Shown here piece after piece: positions 28,175 through 36,611 of a DNA stretch of 64,000 nucleotides (its first letter is position 1; each line of letters opens with the position of its first letter). Location of the stretch: the IMG/VR virus record IMGVR_UViG_3300009678_000004, positions 630 through 64,629 of that record; one strand, written 5' to 3'. The stretch comes from a virus. A program made the position numbers and the translations under genes. The notes beneath the pieces were generated by a model. It saw only the letters and a list, made by a program, of their open reading frames with translations. It made no database searches and was not told the DNA's origin.

Positions 28175-28247
28175 CTTGGTCTCCTTGCAAAATAAGGTGC
28201 TCGTCTCTCCGAGCCGTCACGCCTGAACGCCGGCGTTCGCATTAGAT

Positions 28248-28818
28248 TGCGGCCGTGCCCCGACCGGCCTTGGCTGGACTGGCCGTTGTTCGACCAACCA
28301 CTGCGGCCCTATCAGGACCCGACAAGCCCGACGTTTTCGCGTCGCGACTCATCGAGACTATGCGGCCTTGCCTCGACATAGCAGACCGGACCTCACCATG
28401 CGTGACCTGGACGCGCCAATGCGCTCCAGACGATTGCGGCCACAACATTACACGCCCTGCCAACGCAGTCCTTACGCAACGATCCAGACTAGCCATTGCG
28501 GCCATGCCGCGAGTTGACAAGCCCGACCCGGGCTTGCCATCCCATGACCGAACAGACCATTGCGGCCTTGACACTCCTAGCCAGACCGTTACACGTCCTG
28601 GCGTATCGCACCCTTGCGGCCATGACACGACCTAACGGACCGTGCCCGGACAATCCGAGCCACGGACTGACATGACCGTACTGACCAATGCGGCCATGAC
28701 TCGCCATGACACAACGCAACAGAGCCAGACTAAGCGCTCCAATGCGTACCGAGCCGTTGCGGCCATGGCTCGACGTGCCATTCCGTAACGGAACTTTACA
28801 AGGCATTCCATTCCGGCC
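28248..28818 (-). ncRNA. Pentamer-periodic repeat array, putative guide-RNA array (9 units)
   Basis: TGCGGCC on + at 28248, 28302, 28361, 28435, 28497, 28561, 28615, 28689, 28758 and a variant at 28812; G every fifth base on the minus strand. Confidence 0.8.
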
Positions 28819-28840
28819 ATGTAAGGAGTCGACGTCACGC

Positions 28841-29368
28841 TCAGCCCGTCTTTTGGACGCGCTGAAACGCGAACGTCTTCGCCAACCGGAACAAACTCGG
28901 CAGCCGTTTCTCGAGCGCGTGATAGCGGCCAAGCCATTCCGTAAGATCCTGGCGCGCCCGGATCATCACCTTCTCGGAAAGCGAATCATCGGTCGCGACC
29001 AGGTCGATTTCTTGATAACCCACGAGTGGCTCCTCCACATGCACAAGGACCCGCTCCTCGACCTCCTCTCCCTCCTCATTCTCGACGATCACCCGGAGCG
29101 AGTTGCAGAGATTGCGCGCCAGATGCAGGCGCCACTGATGCCCGGCGATCTTATCGTCCCAAGGGAACACGTTGTGGATTGGCGACGCTTTCGGCTTGGC
29201 CGCCTCCACCACGTTCTCGGGCATCGCCACGCCATCCCGATCGCGGATCATGATGATCAGCTCGGCCGCCGCGTTGTGGTCCTTGATCCTGCTGGCAATG
29301 ACGGGGCTCGAGAAACCGTACCTCGGCCCGGACTTGGTGGCCGTAGCTTTAGCTCGCCTTTTGGGCAC
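28841..29368 (-). CDS. Accessory protein of the RAMP/array locus
   Basis: PENVVEAAKPKASPIHNVFPWDD..AG..WR...AR motif; overlaps the RAMP-like gene and abuts the array. Confidence 0.7.
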   Translation of the reverse strand: MPKRRAKATATKSGPRYGFSSPVIASRIKDHNAAAELIIMIRDRDGVAMPENVVEAAKPKASPIHNVFPWDDKIAGHQWRLHLARNLCNSLRVIVENEEGEEVEERVLVHVEEPLVGYQEIDLVATDDSLSEKVMIRARQDLTEWLGRYHALEKRLPSLFRLAKTFAFQRVQKTG

Positions 29369-30152
29369 GGCGGCCTCCCTTCTTGCGTCCCCTGGATGCT
29401 TGGAACTGTTGCTCGGTCATGACCTCGGCGCAGCCCCAGTCACCGCCCTTCTCGGCACGCTGTTCACAGAAGCCGATCAGCTCGCAGGCGTAGCTGAGCA
29501 GCGTCATGACCTGCTCGGCCGAGATGAAGTTGCTGACGAAGCGGACCACGATCGGCACCGACCAGCCGGTGTATTGCGGGCGATAGCGCAGATCGGCGCG
29601 CCCGGTGCCTGGCCCACGGCCGCCGACGCGCACGGCGTCCTCGCGCATCGTGGGCTGCGCGGCGTCATGCTCCAGCGGCGAGAACTCGTTGCCCGGGTTG
29701 ATCCTGACGACGCTACGCACGAGCGTCTTCGAGAGACCCTGCACGAACCCGCAGGCACTGACCATGGCTTTTTTAATCGCCATGGTGGGAATACAGTCTT
29801 TGCCGCGCACGACATAGCGCGCTTGGTTGAACTCCTGTTTTGGGTTGCGCTTCGGCCGCGCGCTCTTGGCCTTCTTGCCGTGCTTGTCGCGCAGCTCCTG
29901 CTTCGCCTTCTCGGTGAATCGATGCACCACGAGCACGTCGACGCCGACGATGCGCAGCTGCACCCGACTAAATATGAGCTTCGGGATCACCACGTGTTCG
30001 GCGGGCACGATCTTCTTGCCGATCTCCGCCTTGGCAGTCTCGGGTTCGAGATCCGCTTCCGGCTCCTCGATCTGCGCTGGGTCGAACTCCAGCTCCGCCA
30101 CCTCGGCGCCGTTGTCGCCCGTAGTGGGTGGTGTTAAGCGTCTCCGTGTCAT
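29349..30152 (-). CDS. Cas7/RAMP-like RNA-binding protein
   Basis: LRIVGVDVLVVH strand, IPTMAIKKAM helix, MRED.VR.G..DLRYRP..W thumb, C-terminal G-rich loop IGFCEQRAEKGGDWG; AAAGGAG RBS. Confidence 0.75.
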   Translation of the reverse strand: MTRRRLTPPTTGDNGAEVAELEFDPAQIEEPEADLEPETAKAEIGKKIVPAEHVVIPKLIFSRVQLRIVGVDVLVVHRFTEKAKQELRDKHGKKAKSARPKRNPKQEFNQARYVVRGKDCIPTMAIKKAMVSACGFVQGLSKTLVRSVVRINPGNEFSPLEHDAAQPTMREDAVRVGGRGPGTGRADLRYRPQYTGWSVPIVVRFVSNFISAEQVMTLLSYACELIGFCEQRAEKGGDWGCAEVMTEQQFQASRGRKKGGRRAQKAS

Positions 30153-30175
30153 GGTCTGACTCCTTTTGGGGTTAA

Positions 30176-30607
30176 CTAAGAAACCACCTCTGCGCCCTCA
30201 TAATGGATCTCGATTCGCGCGCCGGGCACGCCCCAGTCTTTCTCCACCTCGAGCCGGATCACCTGCGCGTCATCGCACCAGATGACCCCCGTTAAGGCAT
30301 CGAGGAGACTTCGCCCTAGTTTGTCCACATCTCCGGACCTGGCGCCGATCGGCCACGTGCGCCGCTTCTTCGGCGCGCTCGCTGGCTTCAGCAGACCGAA
30401 CCAGACGCGCACGATCACCGGCCCTTCGATCAGCGGTCCCGAGTAGACGCGGCGCGCCTCGGTCGCGATCGCATGACGCCACGCCTGCAGCTTGCTCCCG
30501 TTGTTGGCGGTGACGCGCGCGCGCCCAGCGATGACGAACGCCTTCATCGAGCCTTGCGTGATTGGCAGGCCGGCGACGAAGAAGGAGAGGGTTTGCAGAG
30601 CGGTCAT
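30176..30607 (-). CDS. rusA: Holliday junction resolvase RusA
   Basis: G.PITQGSMK, GDVDKLGRSLLDALTG..WCDDAQV. Confidence 0.9.
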   Translation of the reverse strand: MTALQTLSFFVAGLPITQGSMKAFVIAGRARVTANNGSKLQAWRHAIATEARRVYSGPLIEGPVIVRVWFGLLKPASAPKKRRTWPIGARSGDVDKLGRSLLDALTGVIWCDDAQVIRLEVEKDWGVPGARIEIHYEGAEVVS

Positions 30608-31989
30608 GGTGCCCCCGGTCGTTTGGCGAACAGCGGCCCCACGGCGTCACGCAACCGATGCGCGGCGATCTCGGCGTAATCGGTTTCGCGCTCGATGCCG
30701 ATAAACGAGAAGCCCTCGTGCGTCGCCGCCACTGCGGTCGAGCCCGAACCCATGAAGCAATCAAGGACGGTGCCCTTGGGCGGCGTGATGAGGCGTACTA
30801 ACCATGACATTAGTGACGTCGGCTTTACGCAGGGGTGATGGTTTCGAACGGTGCTGGCCGTCCGGCCAGCACCGGCACGAGGGTTATTGAGCCCCGCCGA
30901 TCCCTCTTTGCGCTCGACCGCTTCCGCACCGCTCCGGCCGGCAAGATGGTCAAGGCCATCCTCCCGTTCCCCCCTACTCGCCTTGGCCGTGTAGAACCAC
31001 GGCACACCCGCGAACTGCGGAAAGAACCGGGAGGCGCCGCCCGAGTCGCCGGGACCGATTGCCCTGCGCTCCTTGATTCCACTCGTGAAGCCGCGTGGAT
31101 TCGGATTGCGATGGCCGCCGCCATGCGTTTCCAGCTCCCCGCTCTGCTCGTCGAGCGCGCGCACCGGGCAGCCCTCGGCGCAAGTGTCCTCGGTGCAGTC
31201 GGCGTGATGGGAAAGGAGGAGGTTCGCGGGCCAGCGGCCGGCGGGGTGAACATTGACCGTCCGCGCCTCTGGGACGTTCTGCACCGCGCTAACATGAGTC
31301 TGCCCAGCGGTGTTCGGTCGCGCCGTTTTGATTATGAACGCGGCATCCTCGTCGCTCATTCCCACCCGGCACGCGTCGACATTGAGCGCGCCCGTGCCGA
31401 ACGCAAGCACGTTCTCGACCACGGTCGAGCGGAACGGCTTGCGCACCAACCACCAGCACTCCACCGCCGGCTTGAGCGCCGTTCCCCAGCCCTGCCAAGC
31501 AGCAGCAGCAGTAGTGACCGGGTCGCCCTTCGGGGTGCGCTCGTACTCGGTTCCCTTCGCGGCCTGCGTCTCGATCGTGATGGCACCGGCGCGTCCGCGC
31601 CAAATCCCCGCGCCCTTATCGAGGGCTTTGCTGACATCCAGACTTTTCGGGAAGCCCGAGCCGAACAGGTGCTGCAGGCAGTCACGCACCTCGAACCCCG
31701 CGTCCTCGAGCGCGCACGCGGTCCAATGCGAGGTCCGCGGCAGCGCCCAGACCAGCCCGTGCGCGCCGGGCTTCAGCACGCGCAGGCACTCGGCGAAGAT
31801 CTTCCCCATCGCTGCGACCCATCCCGCGCGGCCGCCGTGATCGCCGTCCCACGTCTTGCCCATGAACGAGATGCCCGCTGGCGGGTCGCAAACCAGCGCG
31901 TCGATCGAGTCCGGCTCGAACGAGGAAAGCACATCGAGCGCATCGCCCAGGTACAGCCGCGCCGACTTGGTCTGGTAGTAGGGCGTCAT
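30604..31989 (-). CDS. N4/N6 DNA methyltransferase (beta class)
   Basis: CDPPA, FGSGFPKS, GWGTALKPA, HPCVKP, VLDCFMGSGST. Confidence 0.9.
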   Translation of the reverse strand: MTPYYQTKSARLYLGDALDVLSSFEPDSIDALVCDPPAGISFMGKTWDGDHGGRAGWVAAMGKIFAECLRVLKPGAHGLVWALPRTSHWTACALEDAGFEVRDCLQHLFGSGFPKSLDVSKALDKGAGIWRGRAGAITIETQAAKGTEYERTPKGDPVTTAAAAWQGWGTALKPAVECWWLVRKPFRSTVVENVLAFGTGALNVDACRVGMSDEDAAFIIKTARPNTAGQTHVSAVQNVPEARTVNVHPAGRWPANLLLSHHADCTEDTCAEGCPVRALDEQSGELETHGGGHRNPNPRGFTSGIKERRAIGPGDSGGASRFFPQFAGVPWFYTAKASRGEREDGLDHLAGRSGAEAVERKEGSAGLNNPRAGAGRTASTVRNHHPCVKPTSLMSWLVRLITPPKGTVLDCFMGSGSTAVAATHEGFSFIGIERETDYAEIAAHRLRDAVGPLFAKRPGAP

Positions 31990-32219
31990 CCGGCCTTGCC
32001 TCGCTGTGACGCGATCCAGCGCTGCGCATCCTGCGCCGCTCGGACATACTCGGGCGTGACCTTGCTATGGTCCTCCTCTTGGCCAGGCCGATAGGCCTTC
32101 CAGATTGCATGCCGGATGTCATACGGCAGCGCGAACCAGTGCGCTCGACAGCCCCAATTCAGCTTTGGCACCCGCTTGCCGCACCCTGGCCAATGGCACA
32201 CATGCGCGATGTCACTCAC
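31986..32219 (-). CDS. Small phage Cys/His protein
   Basis: CHWPGC..WGC..HW..LP..IW..YRPGQE. Confidence 0.6.
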   Translation of the reverse strand: MSDIAHVCHWPGCGKRVPKLNWGCRAHWFALPYDIRHAIWKAYRPGQEEDHSKVTPEYVRAAQDAQRWIASQRGKAG

Positions 32220-32554
32220 TCCCCCACCGCCTTCCGCAGCCGATACGGCCCGCGCGTGGTCGCGAGCGAGCGCGCCATCAGCAACAGCTGCCTTCGCAGC
32301 GCGCGCAGCTCCTGCTCGTGCGCGACGTACGGGCTCACCATCACCGGCGACATGATTCCCTCGGCGCGCGACAGCAGCACGGACTCCCCGGGTGCCAGCG
32401 CGATCTCGATGGTCGTGAAGCGATCGCCGCACGAGCACAGCCGGCGGCGGCGCACATAGGCACCGGTGCGGCAGCGCGAATCGATCACGCGATTGCTGTC
32501 CCTCTTGCAGTTCGGGCAGGTCACGCGGCCGTGGAGGTCGAGGGGGTCGGTCAT
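32216..32554 (-). CDS. NrdR-like zinc-ribbon protein lacking the ATP cone
   Basis: CPNC..RVIDSR..VRRRRLCSCGDRFTTIE. Confidence 0.75.
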   Translation of the reverse strand: MTDPLDLHGRVTCPNCKRDSNRVIDSRCRTGAYVRRRRLCSCGDRFTTIEIALAPGESVLLSRAEGIMSPVMVSPYVAHEQELRALRRQLLLMARSLATTRGPYRLRKAVGE

Positions 32555-33312
32555 CGGGCCACCTCTTCGCCGACCAGTCGCGCGCGGATGTCCTGCGCAA
32601 TCCGCTCGGCATCGCGCGCCACGCGCTCAAGCCGCTCGCGATAAGCGCCGCCGTCATTCGTGCGGACCAGCTTCACCGCTTCGGCGATGTTGCCGAGATC
32701 CCATGCGCGCAGCTCGACACCGGCAGCATGTTGGAAGTCCGCGATCGTCTTCTTCAGCGTCTGTAACTCCCACGTGAGGCTGGATACCTGACTGCTCACG
32801 TTGAGTCGATCGCGTTCGAGCTTGTCCTTGACGCGCTTCTGTACTTCGGCGTCGACGTGGTCGGTGGGGACCACGCCCTCGGTGGCACGTCGGAGGATCG
32901 CGGCCAGAAACGGGCGCGTCATGGGCTGCGACTCGGCGAGCACCGGCTCCTTCGCCGCCACGAGCTTGCTGCCACGCACGACAAGATGACCCCAGCCGTG
33001 CGGCAACTCACCGGCCTCAATGACGTCGGTGGGTGTGACGATCCACCAGAAATCGCAGCGCTTGGCGATCTCATCCGCCTTCTCGGGATCCTTCAGCTCG
33101 CGCAGCCAGTCGTTGCGGTTGACCTTGATCTCGAACCCGTGTAAGTGCAGGCCCCGCGATGGCCATAACCCCATAGCGAGACCGTCGGCGGTGCGCACTG
33201 TGCGCGCGAAGCCCGTCGAGTTGCGTACTCCCGGCAGGAACGCGAAGGACGGCGCTGCGTACCGACTGCGCAGCATGCCGACCAGATCCGTTTCGGTGAG
33301 CGCCTCACCCAT
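32551..33312 (-). CDS. PD-(D/E)XK nuclease-like protein (MmcB-like)
   Basis: RTADGLAMGLWPSRG..GFEIKV.R.DWLREL. Confidence 0.7.
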   Translation of the reverse strand: MGEALTETDLVGMLRSRYAAPSFAFLPGVRNSTGFARTVRTADGLAMGLWPSRGLHLHGFEIKVNRNDWLRELKDPEKADEIAKRCDFWWIVTPTDVIEAGELPHGWGHLVVRGSKLVAAKEPVLAESQPMTRPFLAAILRRATEGVVPTDHVDAEVQKRVKDKLERDRLNVSSQVSSLTWELQTLKKTIADFQHAAGVELRAWDLGNIAEAVKLVRTNDGGAYRERLERVARDAERIAQDIRARLVGEEVAR

Positions 33313-34012
33313 CGAGCAGCCCCTTCCGCTCCTGGTCATACTCGCGGTCCGTGATGTCGCCGGCGAGGTTGCGCGTCACGAGGGCACCGAGCGCCGTCTC
33401 GATCCGACCGCGCTGGTCGATCGTCCAGCGTTTTCCCGCGCGGATCTCATGCGTGCGCACCTCGTACTGCACGGCCGAGATCTGGCCCATGGCCTCGAGG
33501 TGGTCGAGCTCGGCCAGTCTTTCCGTCGGCGTCATCGCTGATTTGGGCGGCTTGGGTGGAATGCGCGGGGCCTGCGCGCCAGGTCCGGCAACGGGCCCGT
33601 GCTCAGTGCCCGCGGCTTTCTCCGCCAGCAGCTTCTTGAGTTCCTCCTGCAGGCTCCTTCCCGCGATCACCTCGCCCGAGGCAATGGCATCTTGGCGCGC
33701 CTCGCCCGAGCGCTGGCGTTCGAGGTCGTGCCAGGTCATCTGCGGATCGGGCGAGCCCTTCTGGTCGGCGTAGACCTTGCGCGTGAGGAGATCCTCCTCG
33801 GTGAGCGAGGCGTCGCGGAGGATCTGGGCGCGCTTGCGGTCGTACTCCTCGAGCGTGATCAACGGCTCGGTCTTGGCGTTGCCGTGCTGGTCGCGGATCA
33901 CCTTGCGCAGGTCGTTCAGCTCGATCAGCGCCAGCTCGGCCTGGCGGACGACCTTCTCCCGCGCGTCACGCGCCAGCTCCAGCTCGGTCTTTGGCTTCTT
34001 GCTGTCAGGCAT
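33305..34012 (-). CDS. Protein with three SHOCT-like motifs
   Basis: LITLEEYDRKRAQIL, GQISAVQYEVRTHEI, GDITDREYDQERKGLL. Confidence 0.6.
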   Translation of the reverse strand: MPDSKKPKTELELARDAREKVVRQAELALIELNDLRKVIRDQHGNAKTEPLITLEEYDRKRAQILRDASLTEEDLLTRKVYADQKGSPDPQMTWHDLERQRSGEARQDAIASGEVIAGRSLQEELKKLLAEKAAGTEHGPVAGPGAQAPRIPPKPPKSAMTPTERLAELDHLEAMGQISAVQYEVRTHEIRAGKRWTIDQRGRIETALGALVTRNLAGDITDREYDQERKGLLDG

Positions 34013-34784
34013 CGGCGGCCTTGCCTTCCGTGGCCGCGGAGCCCTTGAGCTTGGCGATGATCTCCGCCCGCCGACGCTCGCGCTCGGCATCGGACAGCGG
34101 CACATAGACCGTTTCGCCCACTCTCACGCCTCGCGCCGCGCTACCCTGGATCGCGCGGACCTTGTCGCGCCAGGCCTGCATTTCCCTGACGTACTCCCCT
34201 GGAATGACTGGCTTGTCAGGGATCGGCGGCGGCAGGGGTTCGAGCTTGGGAGGTGGTTCGAGGCGCGGCGGTTCTGGTGGTGGTAGTGCCCCGGTCTTGG
34301 CCTTCGCCCGATCAACCAGCCGGCGCACGTCCTCGGCAGTCTCTTGCTCGAGACGCTCATGTGCCAGTAATTCGCCGTAACGCTGTGTGAACGCGTGCCG
34401 GTGCTGGGTCAGCTCGTAGGCCGTCGCGTTGTCGATCTGCCAGCGACTCGTCACGTCCTCGAACGCCTGCTCGATCAGGTCGCACGCCGGGTGATCGCGG
34501 TGCTTTTTGTCGCGGACCAGCCCCCATGCCTCGGTCGGCGAAGGAAGTCCATCGCCGCCCATGAGATCACGCACGGTGCGCTTGATCTCCGAGATCGCCG
34601 GCAGCCAAGTCCCGGTGTCGATGAGCTGCAGCACCGCCGCCTCGATCAGGTCGAGGTTGATGCCCTGCAGGCGCTCGGCGTAGATCTCAAGCATGGCCGG
34701 CGTCATCTCGCCGCGTGGCGAGGAAGCCCCCAGGCGCGTCAGGATCCGTTCCAGCCTCTCGCTGTTCGCGTTCTTCACGTTCAC
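34005..34784 (-). CDS. Replicative helicase loader/inhibitor (G39P/P-like)
   Basis: WLPAISEI and PSPTEAWGLV; follows the initiator. Confidence 0.7.
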   Translation of the reverse strand: MNVKNANSERLERILTRLGASSPRGEMTPAMLEIYAERLQGINLDLIEAAVLQLIDTGTWLPAISEIKRTVRDLMGGDGLPSPTEAWGLVRDKKHRDHPACDLIEQAFEDVTSRWQIDNATAYELTQHRHAFTQRYGELLAHERLEQETAEDVRRLVDRAKAKTGALPPPEPPRLEPPPKLEPLPPPIPDKPVIPGEYVREMQAWRDKVRAIQGSAARGVRVGETVYVPLSDAERERRRAEIIAKLKGSAATEGKAADA

Positions 34785-35625
34785 GACGTTCTCTCCTCAT
34801 GCGCAGCCATTCCTCGGCGTGCTCTTGGTTGGACTTGCGACGCGGTGCTTGGAGCGGCGGGCGGGGTGCAGGCCGGGGCCTCACCTCGTCGAGCCAGCGC
34901 TTGTCGTTGAGCCAGGTTTTCGGGTGCGGGATGAAGCGCGCCTCGTCACCGGCCCAGAGGTGCTCGAGTTGCTGGGCGAGCGTGGCAAGCATCTGGTCGA
35001 CCACGGCATCGTCCGGGTCGTAGCGCGCCCAGATCGTCTCACAGGCGCCGCGCTTGTACTTGAGCGGGTAGGCTGCCCAGAAGCGCTCGAAGCCCGGTTC
35101 CTGCGCCTTGGTCAGGACCGTGAGCCGTTTGGCCCGCTTGGGCTTGGCCGGAGGCGAGCGGTCAGCCAGCGGCTGACCATTAGAGACAGGTACTCCTGTC
35201 TCTCTTCTCTTCTCTTCAGGGGTACCAACTATTATGCCGTGGGGAGAGGATGACGGTATGACACCCGTCATACTTGTCATCCGTTTGGTAACGACGGGTA
35301 GGGACCCGTCATTACCGTTTGGTAACGACGGTATGAGACCCGTCATACCGTCATCCCCCACTCGTCCCCTCAGGATCTCGAGCAGTTGGACCTCGGCGAG
35401 ATCACTCAAGCCGACCTCCTTGGCGAAGGCGCGCATGTCCTCGACCACCCGCCGAGCGCTCCGGAGCTTGAGGGTGAGATTCCCTCGGTCCCGCGCGGCT
35501 TTCTGGCTGTCGCGCTTGGCGCAGTTCACGCACTTGTCGCCCTCCCGTAACGGCGCCATACCGCATGGCGCCCCGTCCGCACGCACGCCGGTGCACTGCC
35601 GGCGTGCCCCCTTCGCTGTGGCCAT
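34687..35625 (-). CDS. Replication initiator (O-like) with N-terminal Cys finger
   Basis: FERFWAAYP.K..IPHPKTWLNDKRWLDE; contains iterons. Confidence 0.75.
   Translation of the reverse strand: MATAKGARRQCTGVRADGAPCGMAPLREGDKCVNCAKRDSQKAARDRGNLTLKLRSARRVVEDMRAFAKEVGLSDLAEVQLLEILRGRVGDDGMTGLIPSLPNGNDGSLPVVTKRMTSMTGVIPSSSPHGIIVGTPEEKRRETGVPVSNGQPLADRSPPAKPKRAKRLTVLTKAQEPGFERFWAAYPLKYKRGACETIWARYDPDDAVVDQMLATLAQQLEHLWAGDEARFIPHPKTWLNDKRWLDEVRPRPAPRPPLQAPRRKSNQEHAEEWLRMRRERREREEREQREAGTDPDAPGGFLATRRDDAGHA
35248..35356. repeat. Putative replication origin iterons
   Basis: 14-bp inverted repeat GGATGACGGTATGA/TCATACCGTCATCC enclosing two copies of CCGTTTGGTAACGACGG (35281, 35315) and three GACGG..ACCCGTCAT units. 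Confidence 0.7.
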
Positions 35626-35842
35626 CCCCTCCCCGGATCTCTCTTCCTCCTGCCTCGCTGTGGCGCTCCCCGGACCCATCCCGTGCGGGCGAGTACCTGG
35701 GGGAGAGCGGTAAGTCCTTTTACGGACTTGACTTCATGAGCGTACGCGGCTGGCATTCTGACGTAACTCATGTGATAGTAAGAAGTTGTGCATGCGATCG
35801 CGTGTCCGCGCGTGCAGGCGCGTGTTGAGTCGCATTGGTAAG

Positions 35843-36169
35843 TCATTGCTCCGCCTCATCTTCCATCGTTTGGCGGAGCGAGTCTTCGGCCCAGCGGATG
35901 TCGGTGCTGGTGCCCTGGCTGGGCGGCTCCGGCGGCACGGTCCACGGGGCGTCGAGCACGTTGACGACCAGGGACGCGAGCAGGGTGAGCGAGGCCTTGG
36001 CTTGCGGGCGCTTGGCTGGCTCGACGAGGGAGTCGACGAGCACCATGCAGGCGTTGGTGATGACGCGGAGCCGGAGCCTCATGCAGGGCTCGCAGTGGCG
36101 CAGGTGCTCCGCGGCGCCGTTGGTGCAGCGCTGTCCGTTGCCGCGTGTGGATGCGCACTGCTGCTTCAT
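35843..36169 (-). CDS. Cys-finger hypothetical protein
   Basis: QCASTRGNGQRC..HCEPC, similar to the initiator N-terminus. Confidence 0.5.
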   Translation of the reverse strand: MKQQCASTRGNGQRCTNGAAEHLRHCEPCMRLRLRVITNACMVLVDSLVEPAKRPQAKASLTLLASLVVNVLDAPWTVPPEPPSQGTSTDIRWAEDSLRQTMEDEAEQ

Positions 36170-36260
36170 CGGGCGGAGGTCTTTCCGGGGCGAAGAACTT
36201 GGGCGCGCCAAGGGCTTTCCCGAACCGAGAATCGACGCGGATGTGAAAACGTGTCCGAGG

Positions 36261-36611
36261 TCATGTTTGTGGTTTGGATTGATCCTTGGTCGGCTCCGCC
36301 TCACCATTTGGGGAGCCGGCATCTCGTCGTTCACGGAAGGCCGCGAGTTGTTTGCGGGCGCGGTCGGCGCGTTCCGGAGAGAGCTTGCGCTTGTCGCGTC
36401 GCTTGCGGGTCGAGACCTGCGAGACGTGGCCGCGGAAGCGGTAGAACGTCGGCTCGTTGGGATGTCGCTCTTCGGCGATCATCTCGAACCCGTCGCGGAT
36501 GTAGCGCATGGCGCGGTGGTGGACGTTGGTGTCGATCATGACCACCTCCGTGTCCTCGTCCATGGTCATCGCGCTCTCGTGGATGACGCTCGGCAGCTTG
36601 GCGGCGCTCAT
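36261..36611 (-). CDS. Hypothetical protein
   Basis: Coupled ORF. Confidence 0.5.
   Translation of the reverse strand: MSAAKLPSVIHESAMTMDEDTEVVMIDTNVHHRAMRYIRDGFEMIAEERHPNEPTFYRFRGHVSQVSTRKRRDKRKLSPERADRARKQLAAFRERRDAGSPNGEAEPTKDQSKPQT

Noticed and set aside
28248-28818. Canonical CRISPR array
   Set aside because: The conserved part is only 7-10 bp, the spacers have internal 5-nt periodicity, and no cas1/cas2/cas6 is present
28242-28937. ORFs overlapping the array on both strands
   Set aside because: No RBS, unnatural composition, and the periodicity is 5 rather than 3
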